This document shows positions 36,705 to 47,067 of a stretch of 64,000 nucleotides of DNA, one piece after another (within the stretch, counting starts at the first letter, position 1; every line of letters begins with the position of its first letter). Below the pieces are notes generated by a model. The model ran no database searches. It saw nothing but the letters and a program-made list of their open reading frames with translations, and was not told the DNA's origin. This DNA is from a virus, in the IMG/VR virus record IMGVR_UViG_3300020442_000011, positions 48,001-112,000 of that record, one strand, 5' to 3'. A program made the position numbers and the translations under genes.

Positions 36705-38066
36705 ATGTCTTTAATCCATTCGTTCGTTAGTCAGAACACCGCACTTGTATCCAGTGTTGGCCTTGAAGAATTCACTGACGGTGAAAAGAAACTGGATGTT
36801 TATGTTTCTTCTGAACCCAGTGTCGACGAAGTTGTTGGCGAAGTAGCCAAATGTCACCTGGAACAGACCGAAATTGCACGCGATGGCGAGCATGTTCGTG
36901 AAGGTATCGCCGCCATGGAACAGTACGCGGCGCTCCTGGATCGCGGTATTGAAAACGGTGGTCTACCCACCGAAGCCATCCTCGGTATGTCAGTAGGTAT
37001 TGAAGGTTACCAACGTCTCTTGGAAGGCGAGAACGCTGAACCTATTATTCCATCTCTTGAAGCCTTCGGTGGTAGCGGCTCCAAGCTTGAAGGTGCCAAG
37101 GACCTCGCTAAGAAAATCTGGGAATGGTTGAAGAAGGCGTGGGACGTCTCCGGACGTATCCTGAAACAGCTGATCAACAAGTTCAAAGACATGACAGTGC
37201 GTTCTCAAGTCGCCATCCGTAAAATGGCAACTCGTGCAGGTGAACTGAGTGCAAAAGCGTCTAGCCTTGCTGCTTCAGGTGCCACCTTGTCAGACGACAA
37301 GAAAACCCTGAAAGTGAATAATGCCAGTAAGCTGATGGTAGCCAACACTTTCAAAGGGTCCGATTTCGATCTGACTACCGATATCGTCAAAGCACTCTGT
37401 GTCCAGATTCCTGTTAATTTGACTGACTTCGTTATTAACGTCACCAAGGCGGTTAACGGCTATAAGCCGGGTGATGACTCACTACCGGATGTGGACTTCG
37501 GTAACGCGTTCTCTAAAGCGTTCAGCGAGAACGTTAAAGGCGACTCGCGTTTTAACGACAAGAAAGTTATCGTTAAACGTACGTTCGTATTCCCTGGTAA
37601 CCAGGCAGCCTATGTTACATATCCGAATGCGGCAGAAGGTGATAAGATGTTGAGTGGTCAGAAACTCAATATCTTGAATGTTCCGGGTTCTAAAACAGAA
37701 AACGGTAGTGAACAGGAAATCACAGTCCGTACTCCGGGCGAACTGAAGACTGACGCTGAACGTATCGGTAAGATCCTGAAGATCGCATTGCGTAACGCTA
37801 CAGTGCTTGATGTTCTGGCTAATCGTTACAAAGACCTGGATGAAGCTGGTGCGAAAATCAAAACCAATTTGAAAGATAAAGAATTGGATGAAGGCGATCG
37901 CGCTAACCTGAAAGAACTCCAAGGTCTGGTAGATGCAGCCACTGCCATGAACAGCGGTGTAAGTGGTGGTATGTCTTACGTACTGAACCTGATCAACGCA
38001 CAGCTGTCGTTGGTTGAGAAACAGCTGGCGCAGTACGGTGCAAAAGAAGAGAAAGAAGATAAGTAA
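36705..38066 (+). CDS. Internal head / inner-body protein (phiKZ gp93-97 family-like)
   Basis: AAGGA RBS, acidic propeptide, VGLE and PSLE sites, strong codon bias. Confidence 0.8.
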   Translation: MSLIHSFVSQNTALVSSVGLEEFTDGEKKLDVYVSSEPSVDEVVGEVAKCHLEQTEIARDGEHVREGIAAMEQYAALLDRGIENGGLPTEAILGMSVGIEGYQRLLEGENAEPIIPSLEAFGGSGSKLEGAKDLAKKIWEWLKKAWDVSGRILKQLINKFKDMTVRSQVAIRKMATRAGELSAKASSLAASGATLSDDKKTLKVNNASKLMVANTFKGSDFDLTTDIVKALCVQIPVNLTDFVINVTKAVNGYKPGDDSLPDVDFGNAFSKAFSENVKGDSRFNDKKVIVKRTFVFPGNQAAYVTYPNAAEGDKMLSGQKLNILNVPGSKTENGSEQEITVRTPGELKTDAERIGKILKIALRNATVLDVLANRYKDLDEAGAKIKTNLKDKELDEGDRANLKELQGLVDAATAMNSGVSGGMSYVLNLINAQLSLVEKQLAQYGAKEEKEDK

Positions 38067-38079
38067 TCTTCTAACCACT

Positions 38080-38105
38080 AAAGGAGTCCTCCGGGACTCC
38101 TTTTT
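38080..38105 (+). terminator. Rho-independent terminator
   Basis: AAAGGAGTCC-TCCG-GGACTCCTTTTT. Confidence 0.85.
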
Positions 38106-38121
38106 ATTAAGTGAGGTCGTT

Positions 38122-39303
38122 ATGGCAATGCTCGATAAGTACGGCGACGACACACGTTTGGAGATGACCACCCCACCGTTGTCGTTGGACGATGAAATAA
38201 AACTTTCTAAAGAGTCGTATAGTCGCATCATTGAGGATATCAAAATCCATCTTGAGATGACCGAGACTCAGGCGAAAGTTGCGTTTGAACAAATGAACGA
38301 TGGTGTTGACCCATCACTTGAGTCGTTTCCTAAACTCCCGATGTTTGATGAAGACCTTATCCCTACGATCGGGAATGAGGATTTCAAACAACGTATGATG
38401 GATATCCTTGATGCGTTTATTACCTGGATCAAACGTATTGGTAAATGGCTCAACGACGTCCTGGATGCTCAATCCATCAAGTTGTTTTGGTTGCGAGAAC
38501 AAGTCAAGCAACTTAAGTTCGATCTTCTGCAAAAACCACAGAAGATCACGAAGGATTTTGTGTTCAAAGGCGATGTAGCGTACATCAGTATTCGTTACGA
38601 ACCGGTGAAATCAATTAGTGATATCACAGCAGGTCTGTCATCACTTAAAGACCACTTGACTGTTTATTACGATTACGTTAAAACAGTCTCTGCAAATATT
38701 AATACCCTATTGGCATCTGTAACAGGGAATAGTCATTATTCAAGTGACCTTACCCAGCTTCTTGAAGATATGTCCCCGCTAAAGTTAAAAAGCAAGTTGG
38801 CATTCACCGAAGCAAAAGATGTCAACTATGCTAGTGAGTCTAAGCAGTTATTGGGTAATTTACGTATCTTGATTCATCAACCAAAGAATGTTTCGAGATT
38901 GTCCGATATTAATGCTATAGGCATCTCGTTGTCACGAGCACGTACTTCGTCAGGCACGGTACCTAACTCCGTTACATTTAAACGCTCAGATCGTCAGACG
39001 GTTAGTCGTTGCATTGCCCAAATGGAAAATGTCATCGATACGTTGTTGAGTGCGTTCAAAGGTGACACGCGTAAGAAGTATGATATGGCTATCAAGGATT
39101 TAAATTCCGAGATACAGAAGCTTAAATCCGACATCCGCAGGACTGGTGAGTTCGAAGGTGGGGAATTAAGTCAGAAACTTGCGGTGTTACGTACTGTCGT
39201 CGAATGGGTTACTAAACCGTATCAATCTCTTGCAACGAACAGTATCCGTATTACACGTACTGCCTACTTTGTTTGTCGACAAAACCAAAGTGCGTCAAAT
39301 TAA
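38122..39303 (+). CDS. Internal head protein paralog
   Basis: GAGG RBS; PSLE and IGNE sites followed by amphipathic helix. Confidence 0.75.
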   Translation: MAMLDKYGDDTRLEMTTPPLSLDDEIKLSKESYSRIIEDIKIHLEMTETQAKVAFEQMNDGVDPSLESFPKLPMFDEDLIPTIGNEDFKQRMMDILDAFITWIKRIGKWLNDVLDAQSIKLFWLREQVKQLKFDLLQKPQKITKDFVFKGDVAYISIRYEPVKSISDITAGLSSLKDHLTVYYDYVKTVSANINTLLASVTGNSHYSSDLTQLLEDMSPLKLKSKLAFTEAKDVNYASESKQLLGNLRILIHQPKNVSRLSDINAIGISLSRARTSSGTVPNSVTFKRSDRQTVSRCIAQMENVIDTLLSAFKGDTRKKYDMAIKDLNSEIQKLKSDIRRTGEFEGGELSQKLAVLRTVVEWVTKPYQSLATNSIRITRTAYFVCRQNQSASN

Positions 39304-39332
39304 CGCACATTCTTCTTAAGGAAATAAAACTC

Positions 39333-40838
39333 ATGAGTCTTCTCCAAGAATACCTCTCTAAGAACGCAAAACACGTTACTGGCCTTGAAGTCAGCTCTGA
39401 AGATTACATCGCCCCTGAAGACGTTGAGGTGCCGGAAGTTGCCGATGTAGATGATGCTGAACTCTACGAAGCTGAAGACCAGCTCGAAGAAGCGGAGCAG
39501 GAGCGTCTTGAACGCGAGTATCACGAGAAAGAGGTGGTTAGTACGATCCAAGAAGCCGAAGCAATCCACACTTCTATCGAGAACTATATGGAAGTGCTTG
39601 GCCTGGGTATTGAGTCAGGTGAGTTCTCTCCTCAGTTTGCTGCGATTGCCGGTACTGACCTGAAACGCTTCAACCAAATCCTGGGTGGTACTGAAGACGC
39701 GGTACCTGCTTTCGAAAGCTACGACCATGACTCGCTTGAGCAGTTCTATACGGAATCTCTGGAAGGGTTCAAGGAAGTGGCTGGTAAACTCGTAGAAACC
39801 GTTAAGTCTGTTTCTAAAGGTGCTGTCGATTACGTAGGTATGATCGGTACCAACGAAAAAGCAGCTTCTGCTATCAATACCAAAGCCGATGCACTTCTGG
39901 GTAAGCTGTCCAGTTCTGAAATCAGTGATGGTGAAATCGCACTGAAGAACCTGGGTCGTGTTTTCTCTGTTGAAGGTAAAGTGCCCCAGAATCTGATCCA
40001 AGCTGTTAATGCTGATCAGAAAGGTTTCCAAACACTAGCGTCGAATCACTTCAAGAACAGCGTAAGCTATTACGAGGACGCTGTCAAAGCTGGTAGTGAT
40101 GCGCTGAAGAAACCTGGTGAGGCTGGCGCTGTCATCGAAGCATTTGCCAAAAAACCAACTCCGAATGAACAGATTGCCAAATCGGTCAAGCTGTTGGGTT
40201 GTGAGGTAAGCACATTTGATTCAGGGGCTGATCTTCCCAAAAACACTAACCGTGCAGTTGCCGACGCTTTATCCGAGCGTCTTGGTGAACAGGTTATCAT
40301 GTTCGATGCTTACAAAAAAGCTGATGGGTCTGTGAAATTGGATAAGACCCAGGTGACCGCGCTGCTCAAAGCAGCTAAGGGTTACGCTGCAATCATGGCG
40401 ACGCTTAACAAAGAAGCGAAGAAAGAACTGGAGCGGCAAGTCAAGATTGATAAAGAGCTCCAGAAAGCGCTCAGTAACAACGCTCCCAGCAAAACCGGTT
40501 CCGTTACCGGTGCTTCCTTAGCTGGCGGTCTTGGTGGAGCTTGGGGTGGTGGACTTACATTTGGTCCAGTCGGTGCTGTAGTCGGAGGTGTTGGTGGTGC
40601 CACAGCAATGGGAAAAGCTGTGGCAGCCAGGAATGCGTCGATAAATAAAAATGCAGGAACTGACATGGAGCAAGCCATTCGTGAGATGGGGGCAGTTATC
40701 AAGAATGCTTCTGGTATTCCTCTCGCACATTTCAAAGAGATGGGTAAAGTCATCGAATTCCATGCAAAGTCTTGTATGGAACTGGCAGAACGTGCCATGA
40801 CCGCCAAGAAGAAAGAAGCCGAAACATCTGGCGAATGA
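39333..40838 (+). CDS. Internal head protein paralog with glycine-zipper segment
   Basis: VSSE, PAFE, ESLE sites; GASLAGGLGGAWGGGLTFGPVGAVVGGVGG. Confidence 0.8.
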   Translation: MSLLQEYLSKNAKHVTGLEVSSEDYIAPEDVEVPEVADVDDAELYEAEDQLEEAEQERLEREYHEKEVVSTIQEAEAIHTSIENYMEVLGLGIESGEFSPQFAAIAGTDLKRFNQILGGTEDAVPAFESYDHDSLEQFYTESLEGFKEVAGKLVETVKSVSKGAVDYVGMIGTNEKAASAINTKADALLGKLSSSEISDGEIALKNLGRVFSVEGKVPQNLIQAVNADQKGFQTLASNHFKNSVSYYEDAVKAGSDALKKPGEAGAVIEAFAKKPTPNEQIAKSVKLLGCEVSTFDSGADLPKNTNRAVADALSERLGEQVIMFDAYKKADGSVKLDKTQVTALLKAAKGYAAIMATLNKEAKKELERQVKIDKELQKALSNNAPSKTGSVTGASLAGGLGGAWGGGLTFGPVGAVVGGVGGATAMGKAVAARNASINKNAGTDMEQAIREMGAVIKNASGIPLAHFKEMGKVIEFHAKSCMELAERAMTAKKKEAETSGE

Positions 40839-40855
40839 TCGTTAGTTGTTAGCAT

Positions 40856-40891
40856 CATAAGAGCACCCCGTTAGGGGTGCTCTTTTATGTC
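40856..40891 (+). terminator. Rho-independent terminator
   Basis: AAGAGCACCCC-GTTA-GGGGTGCTCTT-TTATGTC. Confidence 0.85.
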
Positions 40892-40946
40892 TTAGTTGTA
40901 CGGATGTGACGGATTTTATGAACCGTTTTAACACGAGAGGCTTTCC

Positions 40947-42728
40947 ATGCCACAGGCACTCATAGCACTACCGGATGTTTACGATTCTGTTATCCGTCGT
41001 ATCGCCGTTGATAGTGTTTCACAATTAGCACGTGTCATGCGTTTACCGCCTGACACCCAAATCATGTTACCAGGTAATGCCCAGACTGTTCCCATGAATA
41101 ACGGGTCATTTGGGGAATGTGGTGATCCCGGACTTAATTACCCGACTGATGGGCGTTTGGTAATTTCATTCACAGAAGAGTTAGATGATAGTCAAACACT
41201 ATCTCAACATGCGGGGACTGCTGAAAACTTACCGCTATTTGAAGACGTTGTTCGCTCTACGGTTATTTTCCCCGTGTATCGTTCAGTAACAATGAACCTG
41301 AATCTCCAGTACATTGCCCCTAACCAGAATATTGCTCAGCGTTGGTTAGATGAAATGCGAACACGTGTGGTTCAATTACGCGCAGAACTTTACCAGACGC
41401 TTGAATACCACTATGCTATACCTAACCCCATCCTGATGTTGCTTCATGAAGTGTGGAGTAAAATAGAAGCGTCTGACCACCCTTCTAATCTATCCTTCTC
41501 TGAATATCTTGATGAATATCTATCAAGACCAACAACCGTGATCGATACATTAGCAGATACGGCACCTACACGCGCTGTGATTGAGAAACAATACGAGGTG
41601 TTAGGGTGGTTCGATTTTACGAGTACTCCTGAACAACCAGAGAAGGACGGGGCTAATGCAGGGAATTACATTTGCAATATAAACTATCGTTTTTCTTACG
41701 ACCGACCCATGCAGATGTTAGTACGTTGGCCCCTTGTGGTACATAACCAAATTATCGATTCAACGTATCATCCGACAGAACCTTACCAAACGTTCCGTCA
41801 AGTCGATCGCCGAGTATCTTTTTTCAAAGGATCACTTGAAAGTTTTTTGGAAAGCATTAAGTATAACAACATCCCCTACGTCATCGAACCCGAGATCGAT
41901 GATTGGATGCCATCTGAGATGAACCGTAGAGCGATGATCTTTTTTACAGGGCTCTTGGTAATCGATAAAACAGATCCTACCCATCTTGTCGATCTGAGTC
42001 ATCTAGGGAAACACACCTTCACCCCATACATCCTCGAATATTTCTTTCAACAGCAACACACGTTATTTGGTGATAGAACATCCCCGTTCGTGTTCATGCT
42101 ATTCGAAAATGGGCAGCAACGTACTGACATTACGTTCTCTTTTAAACCGAACAGTTTAGAGTTGGTTGTTGATAAACCTCTAGACATGACGAAGATGTAT
42201 CATTTACAGATCGGTATTCTTCGTGACTGGACGGCACTCACCACAGAAACCCGCCAATGTCTCCGTCGTTATCCAGTGGTGACTTATTCCTTATTCCGTG
42301 TTCTCAACATTGTTTTAGGTGAGAAAGAGTTTAAGGACTTAATGTTGCTGGGGACACCACATAAGCGGATCGCTATATCTAATTGTCCAGGTCAAGGTTC
42401 TTTAATAGGGCCGCCCGACAAAGGAGGTACATGGCCGTGGCCCTGGTTAGATCCAGAATGGGGTAATTACCCCTGGCCGGGTTATGATCCAAGGTTCGAT
42501 AAGTACAACTGGCCAGGTGGTTCATTAGACCATCCAGTAATTGATTTACCTACATGGCCAGGTGCCGATGGAGAGCATGGGGATAATAGTGGTGTCATCC
42601 GCAATGATGATATCGAAGACGCTATCGACCATACGGACGGCTATGCGGGTAAGGATGTGATCTACTCCATCACCACATTACACACTGTCATGTTTGCACA
42701 AGTTTTTGTTTATGGGGGATATAAGTAA
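40947..42728 (+). CDS. Virion structural protein (phiKZ gp98-like)
   Basis: 593 aa, GAGG RBS, synteny; WPG-rich segment. Confidence 0.7.
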   Translation: MPQALIALPDVYDSVIRRIAVDSVSQLARVMRLPPDTQIMLPGNAQTVPMNNGSFGECGDPGLNYPTDGRLVISFTEELDDSQTLSQHAGTAENLPLFEDVVRSTVIFPVYRSVTMNLNLQYIAPNQNIAQRWLDEMRTRVVQLRAELYQTLEYHYAIPNPILMLLHEVWSKIEASDHPSNLSFSEYLDEYLSRPTTVIDTLADTAPTRAVIEKQYEVLGWFDFTSTPEQPEKDGANAGNYICNINYRFSYDRPMQMLVRWPLVVHNQIIDSTYHPTEPYQTFRQVDRRVSFFKGSLESFLESIKYNNIPYVIEPEIDDWMPSEMNRRAMIFFTGLLVIDKTDPTHLVDLSHLGKHTFTPYILEYFFQQQHTLFGDRTSPFVFMLFENGQQRTDITFSFKPNSLELVVDKPLDMTKMYHLQIGILRDWTALTTETRQCLRRYPVVTYSLFRVLNIVLGEKEFKDLMLLGTPHKRIAISNCPGQGSLIGPPDKGGTWPWPWLDPEWGNYPWPGYDPRFDKYNWPGGSLDHPVIDLPTWPGADGEHGDNSGVIRNDDIEDAIDHTDGYAGKDVIYSITTLHTVMFAQVFVYGGYK

Positions 42729-44140
42729 TGGCATTATTTGGTGAAAGTAACAGTCGTTTACCTGATGAGGAACCAACACCACCTGTCAAGGTAAAACACA
42801 CAATAGAGCCCAGTGTTTATCAGGGTATCACTATCGACACGGAATATGTCCCACGGTCGTCCCTGCTTCAATGGATCGCGGGTTCTCTCTACACAGTTGA
42901 TTACTACTCTCAATATCTTGGGCAGCATGATGAGCCGAGTCCTTTGAGTACTGAAAAATCACCCGTCTATCAACAATACCGTGTCATCAAAGGAATGGAG
43001 TTGAAATTAACATCTCCACTATCCCCTTCTTTTGATCCAGAAACACGTGTTCCGACAATTACTGCGTCTGGCATTACCTATCCTTTCTTAGTACCTCAGC
43101 AGGGTGATATGATGGTGGGTGATATCGGCGATGGTCGTGTGGGTCTATTCGCTGTGTCGTCTGCCACACGGACCACCATTCGTCAAGATAGCACGTATGC
43201 GATTGAACTGATCATGGTGGATGAACTTAATAAAACTCACATTGATGATCTTAAAAAGAAAACAATTGAGACTTTTAAGTTTTCCCGTGAATCGCTCATA
43301 TCGGGCTGTGGGCCATTTGTAAATGAAAACCAGTACGAACGTCGCCAAGATTATCTATCGTTGCGTACAGAGCTTATTTCGCGCTATTTAGCGGACTTCT
43401 ATAGTCGCCAACACACAACGCTTCTTGTCCCAGACCAACTCCTCACGACGTATGACCATTTTGTAACTAAAATCGTACGGCAGCTGGTGAGTCCTGACGA
43501 CAATCCGTTGATGCGTAAGGTGCGTGAATTACCGGTAGCAGTTGAGCAAATAATGACAAGGCCAACACTCTGGGACGCCATCTTGAAGCATGAGCCTAGT
43601 CACCTTATTCAGATGATCCAACGTTGTCATCTAGTCAGCACGATGCTGTTTACGAATCGCCCGATCCTTCAGTCGCTTAATTACACGGGCATCAAGCGTG
43701 TTGTTTTTCCGATGGAAGCAGCTAGTAATGTTGATGCTCAATACAGTGGTAAATCAGAGCGTCAATTATCGGGAATGACATATGAGTCAGGTAAACCGAG
43801 ATATCGTCCTGAAGGGCCTTTCCAGAGTCAGGAAGAGCGTGATCTACCTTGGTTTAAACCCAAAGATTTGGAAAGTAGTATCTTAGCTGAACATCTTCCC
43901 GCGATACATCCAGTTACCAAAGATGATCACTACGTATTAAGTCGTGCGTTCTATGAGGAAGGATTCGAGCAGGATAGATCCTGTCTTGAAGTTGTCGCTA
44001 GGCAGATAATGAATGCGCAGCCCATTTCCATCCCTCACCTTGAAAACGTTCTGGTCGATATTTGGGAGTGGGACAATCTTGAACGTTATTACTATTACCC
44101 GATTGTTTGGATGGCTCTTGTATTGGCCGGTAGGTATTGA
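42728..44140 (+). CDS. Virion structural protein (phiKZ gp99-like, possible neck)
   Basis: 470 aa, TAATG coupling, PQQGDMMVGD motif. Confidence 0.7.
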   Translation: MALFGESNSRLPDEEPTPPVKVKHTIEPSVYQGITIDTEYVPRSSLLQWIAGSLYTVDYYSQYLGQHDEPSPLSTEKSPVYQQYRVIKGMELKLTSPLSPSFDPETRVPTITASGITYPFLVPQQGDMMVGDIGDGRVGLFAVSSATRTTIRQDSTYAIELIMVDELNKTHIDDLKKKTIETFKFSRESLISGCGPFVNENQYERRQDYLSLRTELISRYLADFYSRQHTTLLVPDQLLTTYDHFVTKIVRQLVSPDDNPLMRKVRELPVAVEQIMTRPTLWDAILKHEPSHLIQMIQRCHLVSTMLFTNRPILQSLNYTGIKRVVFPMEAASNVDAQYSGKSERQLSGMTYESGKPRYRPEGPFQSQEERDLPWFKPKDLESSILAEHLPAIHPVTKDDHYVLSRAFYEEGFEQDRSCLEVVARQIMNAQPISIPHLENVLVDIWEWDNLERYYYYPIVWMALVLAGRY

Positions 44141-44142
44141 TC

Positions 44143-44754
44143 ATGACAGATGAATTAAAACCACGTTATCCTAAAAAGAACACCGCCGCTTGGCGGTTGT
44201 TCCATTACACATACCCAGTCTGGTATCCTCAGTTGTTTAAGTACGATAAGTCGTATATTGAGAAACGGGGTATTGCGATAACAGGTGATGCTGAGTTAGA
44301 CCGTCTTCGTTTGGATGAGGACGGTCTTTTCAACCAAACACCTGCGGGTATGGCTTTGTTAATGGAAGATGGCTGTCCTATCTTTGCTGAATCTTTCTTC
44401 AGTTACGAGGACATTCCTTATGTCTACCATGATATCCAAGAACACCTGATGGATTGGGAAAGGAGAATCAACCGGGGTATCCACATCAACGAGATACCGG
44501 ATCTTTATGATTTCCGCATCTTGGAAAACCTAGCGTTAGAACTTCACGACTACGCGATGTATCTATCACCCCAGAATCAAAGTTCTGGGGTGGGTATTGT
44601 AGACCGCCTCAATCGTCTAAATAGTGTCCGCAGTTCTATCCACCGAACAATGCCTCTTTCAGCGAGAACAAACGAAGTCGTTGAGATAAGACCGTACGTG
44701 TCAATCGCCGACCGTATTGAGAAATCGGCCCTTGGAGGTAATGTATGGCGGTAG
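44143..44754 (+). CDS. Conserved hypothetical protein (phiKZ gp100-like)
   Basis: About 203 aa, coupled to neighbours. Confidence 0.7.
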   Translation: MTDELKPRYPKKNTAAWRLFHYTYPVWYPQLFKYDKSYIEKRGIAITGDAELDRLRLDEDGLFNQTPAGMALLMEDGCPIFAESFFSYEDIPYVYHDIQEHLMDWERRINRGIHINEIPDLYDFRILENLALELHDYAMYLSPQNQSSGVGIVDRLNRLNSVRSSIHRTMPLSARTNEVVEIRPYVSIADRIEKSALGGNVWR

Positions 44755-46088
44755 ATATTACCAACATCATGTTGGAAGTCCAACAGGTTGCTACTCAGGG
44801 ACCTATACGGAACTCCTTTCGTTTTGACGTTTTCATCAAAGTGGAAGACCGTTGGATCAAACCTCTGCGTACAGATGTTATCACCCACCAACGTGATTAC
44901 GTCAAAGGTTACTCCCCGCTCATCTACCTGGATGTTTTCTTAGGTCGTGGGGACTATGCTTACTTAATCGAACCAAACAAAGACAAGCTAATCGTGGATG
45001 TCATTCGTCATCCTGTAGCGGATATTGGTGGGGGCGATGTTGATGAGGTAGTCACCGTTAAACGCTATCGGGCTCTCTTATTAACAAAAGACGATCCGGG
45101 TCTTGGTGATGCCCGACCACATGCATCCAACATCGATGATCTTAACCAAGAGATCATGGACGTACAATTCCAGTTGATTGAGGAAAACATTTATCAGTTA
45201 ATGATGGTAACCGTAGGACGTACCTACAGGAAAAACATTCCTATGGATGTCCTTCGCGCGTTATTGACCGATGCATCGACTAACATTGATGTCACGGATG
45301 AAGAAGCGATTACTGGGGTAGATGTAGTTGACGGCTATAACCCGAAAGTTAGGGATGCTATCATTGTCCCTCATGGAACACCTCTTGTGGATGTAGTCAC
45401 CCATTTACAAGAAAACGAAGGGGGTCTTTACAGCACTGGGGTAGGGTGTTTTCTCCAGCACAATAAGTGGTACGTTTACCCCCTATTTGATTTAAACCGT
45501 ATCGAAAGAGAAACACGTACACTTACGGTGATACGAGTACCCCCTAACAGGTTCGCAGCATCGGAACGAACATGGCGTATCTCAGCTAATCAAATCGTGG
45601 TCATTGCGAATAATGAAGTAAAGACACGAGATCTGGGTATCATCGATCAAATGTCATCAGGTAATGCGGTAAGGGTAACCAATGCCGATAACCTACTTTC
45701 ATTTACTGAGACTCAAAACAATCGTTCTTCGTTCAACCGTCGTGAAAACATGTTGGAGTTTCAGACTCATGAACTCCAAGGGGATGGACTCACGAATGCA
45801 CGTTGGGGTAGTGAACGAGCTACAGGTAATCCATTCAAAGTCTTTAGTCGCCTCGCTTCCCAAGGCGGTCAGTTTGTAGAGGTGACTTGGCTACATGCTA
45901 ACACGGATTATCTGTATCCGGGCATGCCTGTTCGTTTCTATGTAGCGAGTAACGATCAACTCCAAGAATATCACGGAACATTGCTCGGTGCTAATGATCG
46001 ATATGTCCCAGGTAAGCCAGGGCCTATTCAAGACTATTATGTCAATGAGGCACGCTTGTTGTTGTTCGTTAACCGAATACAACAATAA
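44745..46088 (+). CDS. Virion structural protein, probable baseplate hub (phiKZ gp101-like)
   Basis: 447 aa, GGAGG RBS, C-terminal LYPGMPV typical of hub proteins. Confidence 0.65.
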   Translation: MAVDITNIMLEVQQVATQGPIRNSFRFDVFIKVEDRWIKPLRTDVITHQRDYVKGYSPLIYLDVFLGRGDYAYLIEPNKDKLIVDVIRHPVADIGGGDVDEVVTVKRYRALLLTKDDPGLGDARPHASNIDDLNQEIMDVQFQLIEENIYQLMMVTVGRTYRKNIPMDVLRALLTDASTNIDVTDEEAITGVDVVDGYNPKVRDAIIVPHGTPLVDVVTHLQENEGGLYSTGVGCFLQHNKWYVYPLFDLNRIERETRTLTVIRVPPNRFAASERTWRISANQIVVIANNEVKTRDLGIIDQMSSGNAVRVTNADNLLSFTETQNNRSSFNRRENMLEFQTHELQGDGLTNARWGSERATGNPFKVFSRLASQGGQFVEVTWLHANTDYLYPGMPVRFYVASNDQLQEYHGTLLGANDRYVPGKPGPIQDYYVNEARLLLFVNRIQQ

Positions 46089-46089
46089 A

Positions 46090-46114
46090 TTAAACCTATA
46101 TTACAGCAGTGAAT
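46090..46114 (+). promoter_or_regulatory. Early (virion RNAP) promoter
   Basis: TTAAACCTATATTAC-AGCA-GTGAAT; phiKZ early consensus TATATTAC. Confidence 0.75.
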
Positions 46115-46151
46115 AAGGGAATGTGAATGCATTCCCTCACTTGCGTATGGA

Positions 46152-46556
46152 GTGAACATGCATAACTTGATTATCCTTGGAGGTGACTCATGGTTCCATT
46201 ATGTTTTGCAAACTGAGTTAGACGAGAAAGATCCGGACTCGGCAGGTATCATTGGAGAAGCACTTAGTTCTTATCTCGAGAATGTGGTGAAACAATACCC
46301 ACATTACGATGATACGGAACTTATCATTCGATCACTTGAGATGATTGGTTTTGGAATGTCTAATCAAGGTTATTCCGAAGACCTAGTAGCAACAACCGCT
46401 TGGTGGTTCAGAGAAATCAAATCCGAAGTCCTCTCTATCCTGTTGGAAATAAAACAGCGTGTCGGTAATTTCATTATCGAGCCTGTTATTACCTGGGTGC
46501 CTGAAGGACCTACGATTTATGCCATTACCTGCAAGACCCAACCCAACCAATACTAA
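46152..46556 (+). CDS. Hypothetical early protein
   Basis: About 132 aa; GGAG RBS suggests ATG 46158. Confidence 0.75.
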   Translation: MNMHNLIILGGDSWFHYVLQTELDEKDPDSAGIIGEALSSYLENVVKQYPHYDDTELIIRSLEMIGFGMSNQGYSEDLVATTAWWFREIKSEVLSILLEIKQRVGNFIIEPVITWVPEGPTIYAITCKTQPNQY

Positions 46557-46570
46557 AAAGGAAAACAGTC

Positions 46571-47029
46571 ATGTTGACTACACTACTATTTATTGTCCTC
46601 ATCGCAGCCGCTGTCGTGGGTATCAATTTCATGTTTGAGAAACTCAAACAAAAAGCAGCTGAGGCGAAGCAACGTTACGGGGATATCAATCAAGCCATGC
46701 ACGTGCGGCCCGTGGTAACACCCAAACCTAAAGCTGAAGAGATAGATGTAAAAATCAACGCTTTGTTTAAGTACACCATGAACGAAGCGTGGGTGGAGAA
46801 AGGAACTGTGTTTTATGTCAACAACCCTATCATCACAAAGATGTTAGAGGACATTGATAAGATCGAACCACTTGAATATAACCTACCTCAAAAAGGGGTA
46901 GGTGTTTATGCTGTCATTCCCGAAGATGATCGTATTAGTGATGAGGTATATCAGAAGCTCGAATCGGCAGGTTTCGAGCGATACGTCATTATTTCAGGTC
47001 GTGCGATTGGTTATAGGCAAAAAAGCTAA
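46571..47029 (+). CDS. Hypothetical membrane-anchored protein
   Basis: N-terminal TM LLFIVLIAAAVVGINFM; AAGGA RBS. Confidence 0.8.
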   Translation: MLTTLLFIVLIAAAVVGINFMFEKLKQKAAEAKQRYGDINQAMHVRPVVTPKPKAEEIDVKINALFKYTMNEAWVEKGTVFYVNNPIITKMLEDIDKIEPLEYNLPQKGVGVYAVIPEDDRISDEVYQKLESAGFERYVIISGRAIGYRQKS

Positions 47030-47040
47030 AAGCCAATAAA

Positions 47041-47067
47041 TTTGACATCTATATAACAGTGGCGAAT
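47041..47067 (+). promoter_or_regulatory. Early promoter
   Basis: TTTGACATCTATATAAC-AGTG-GCGAAT. Confidence 0.7.
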
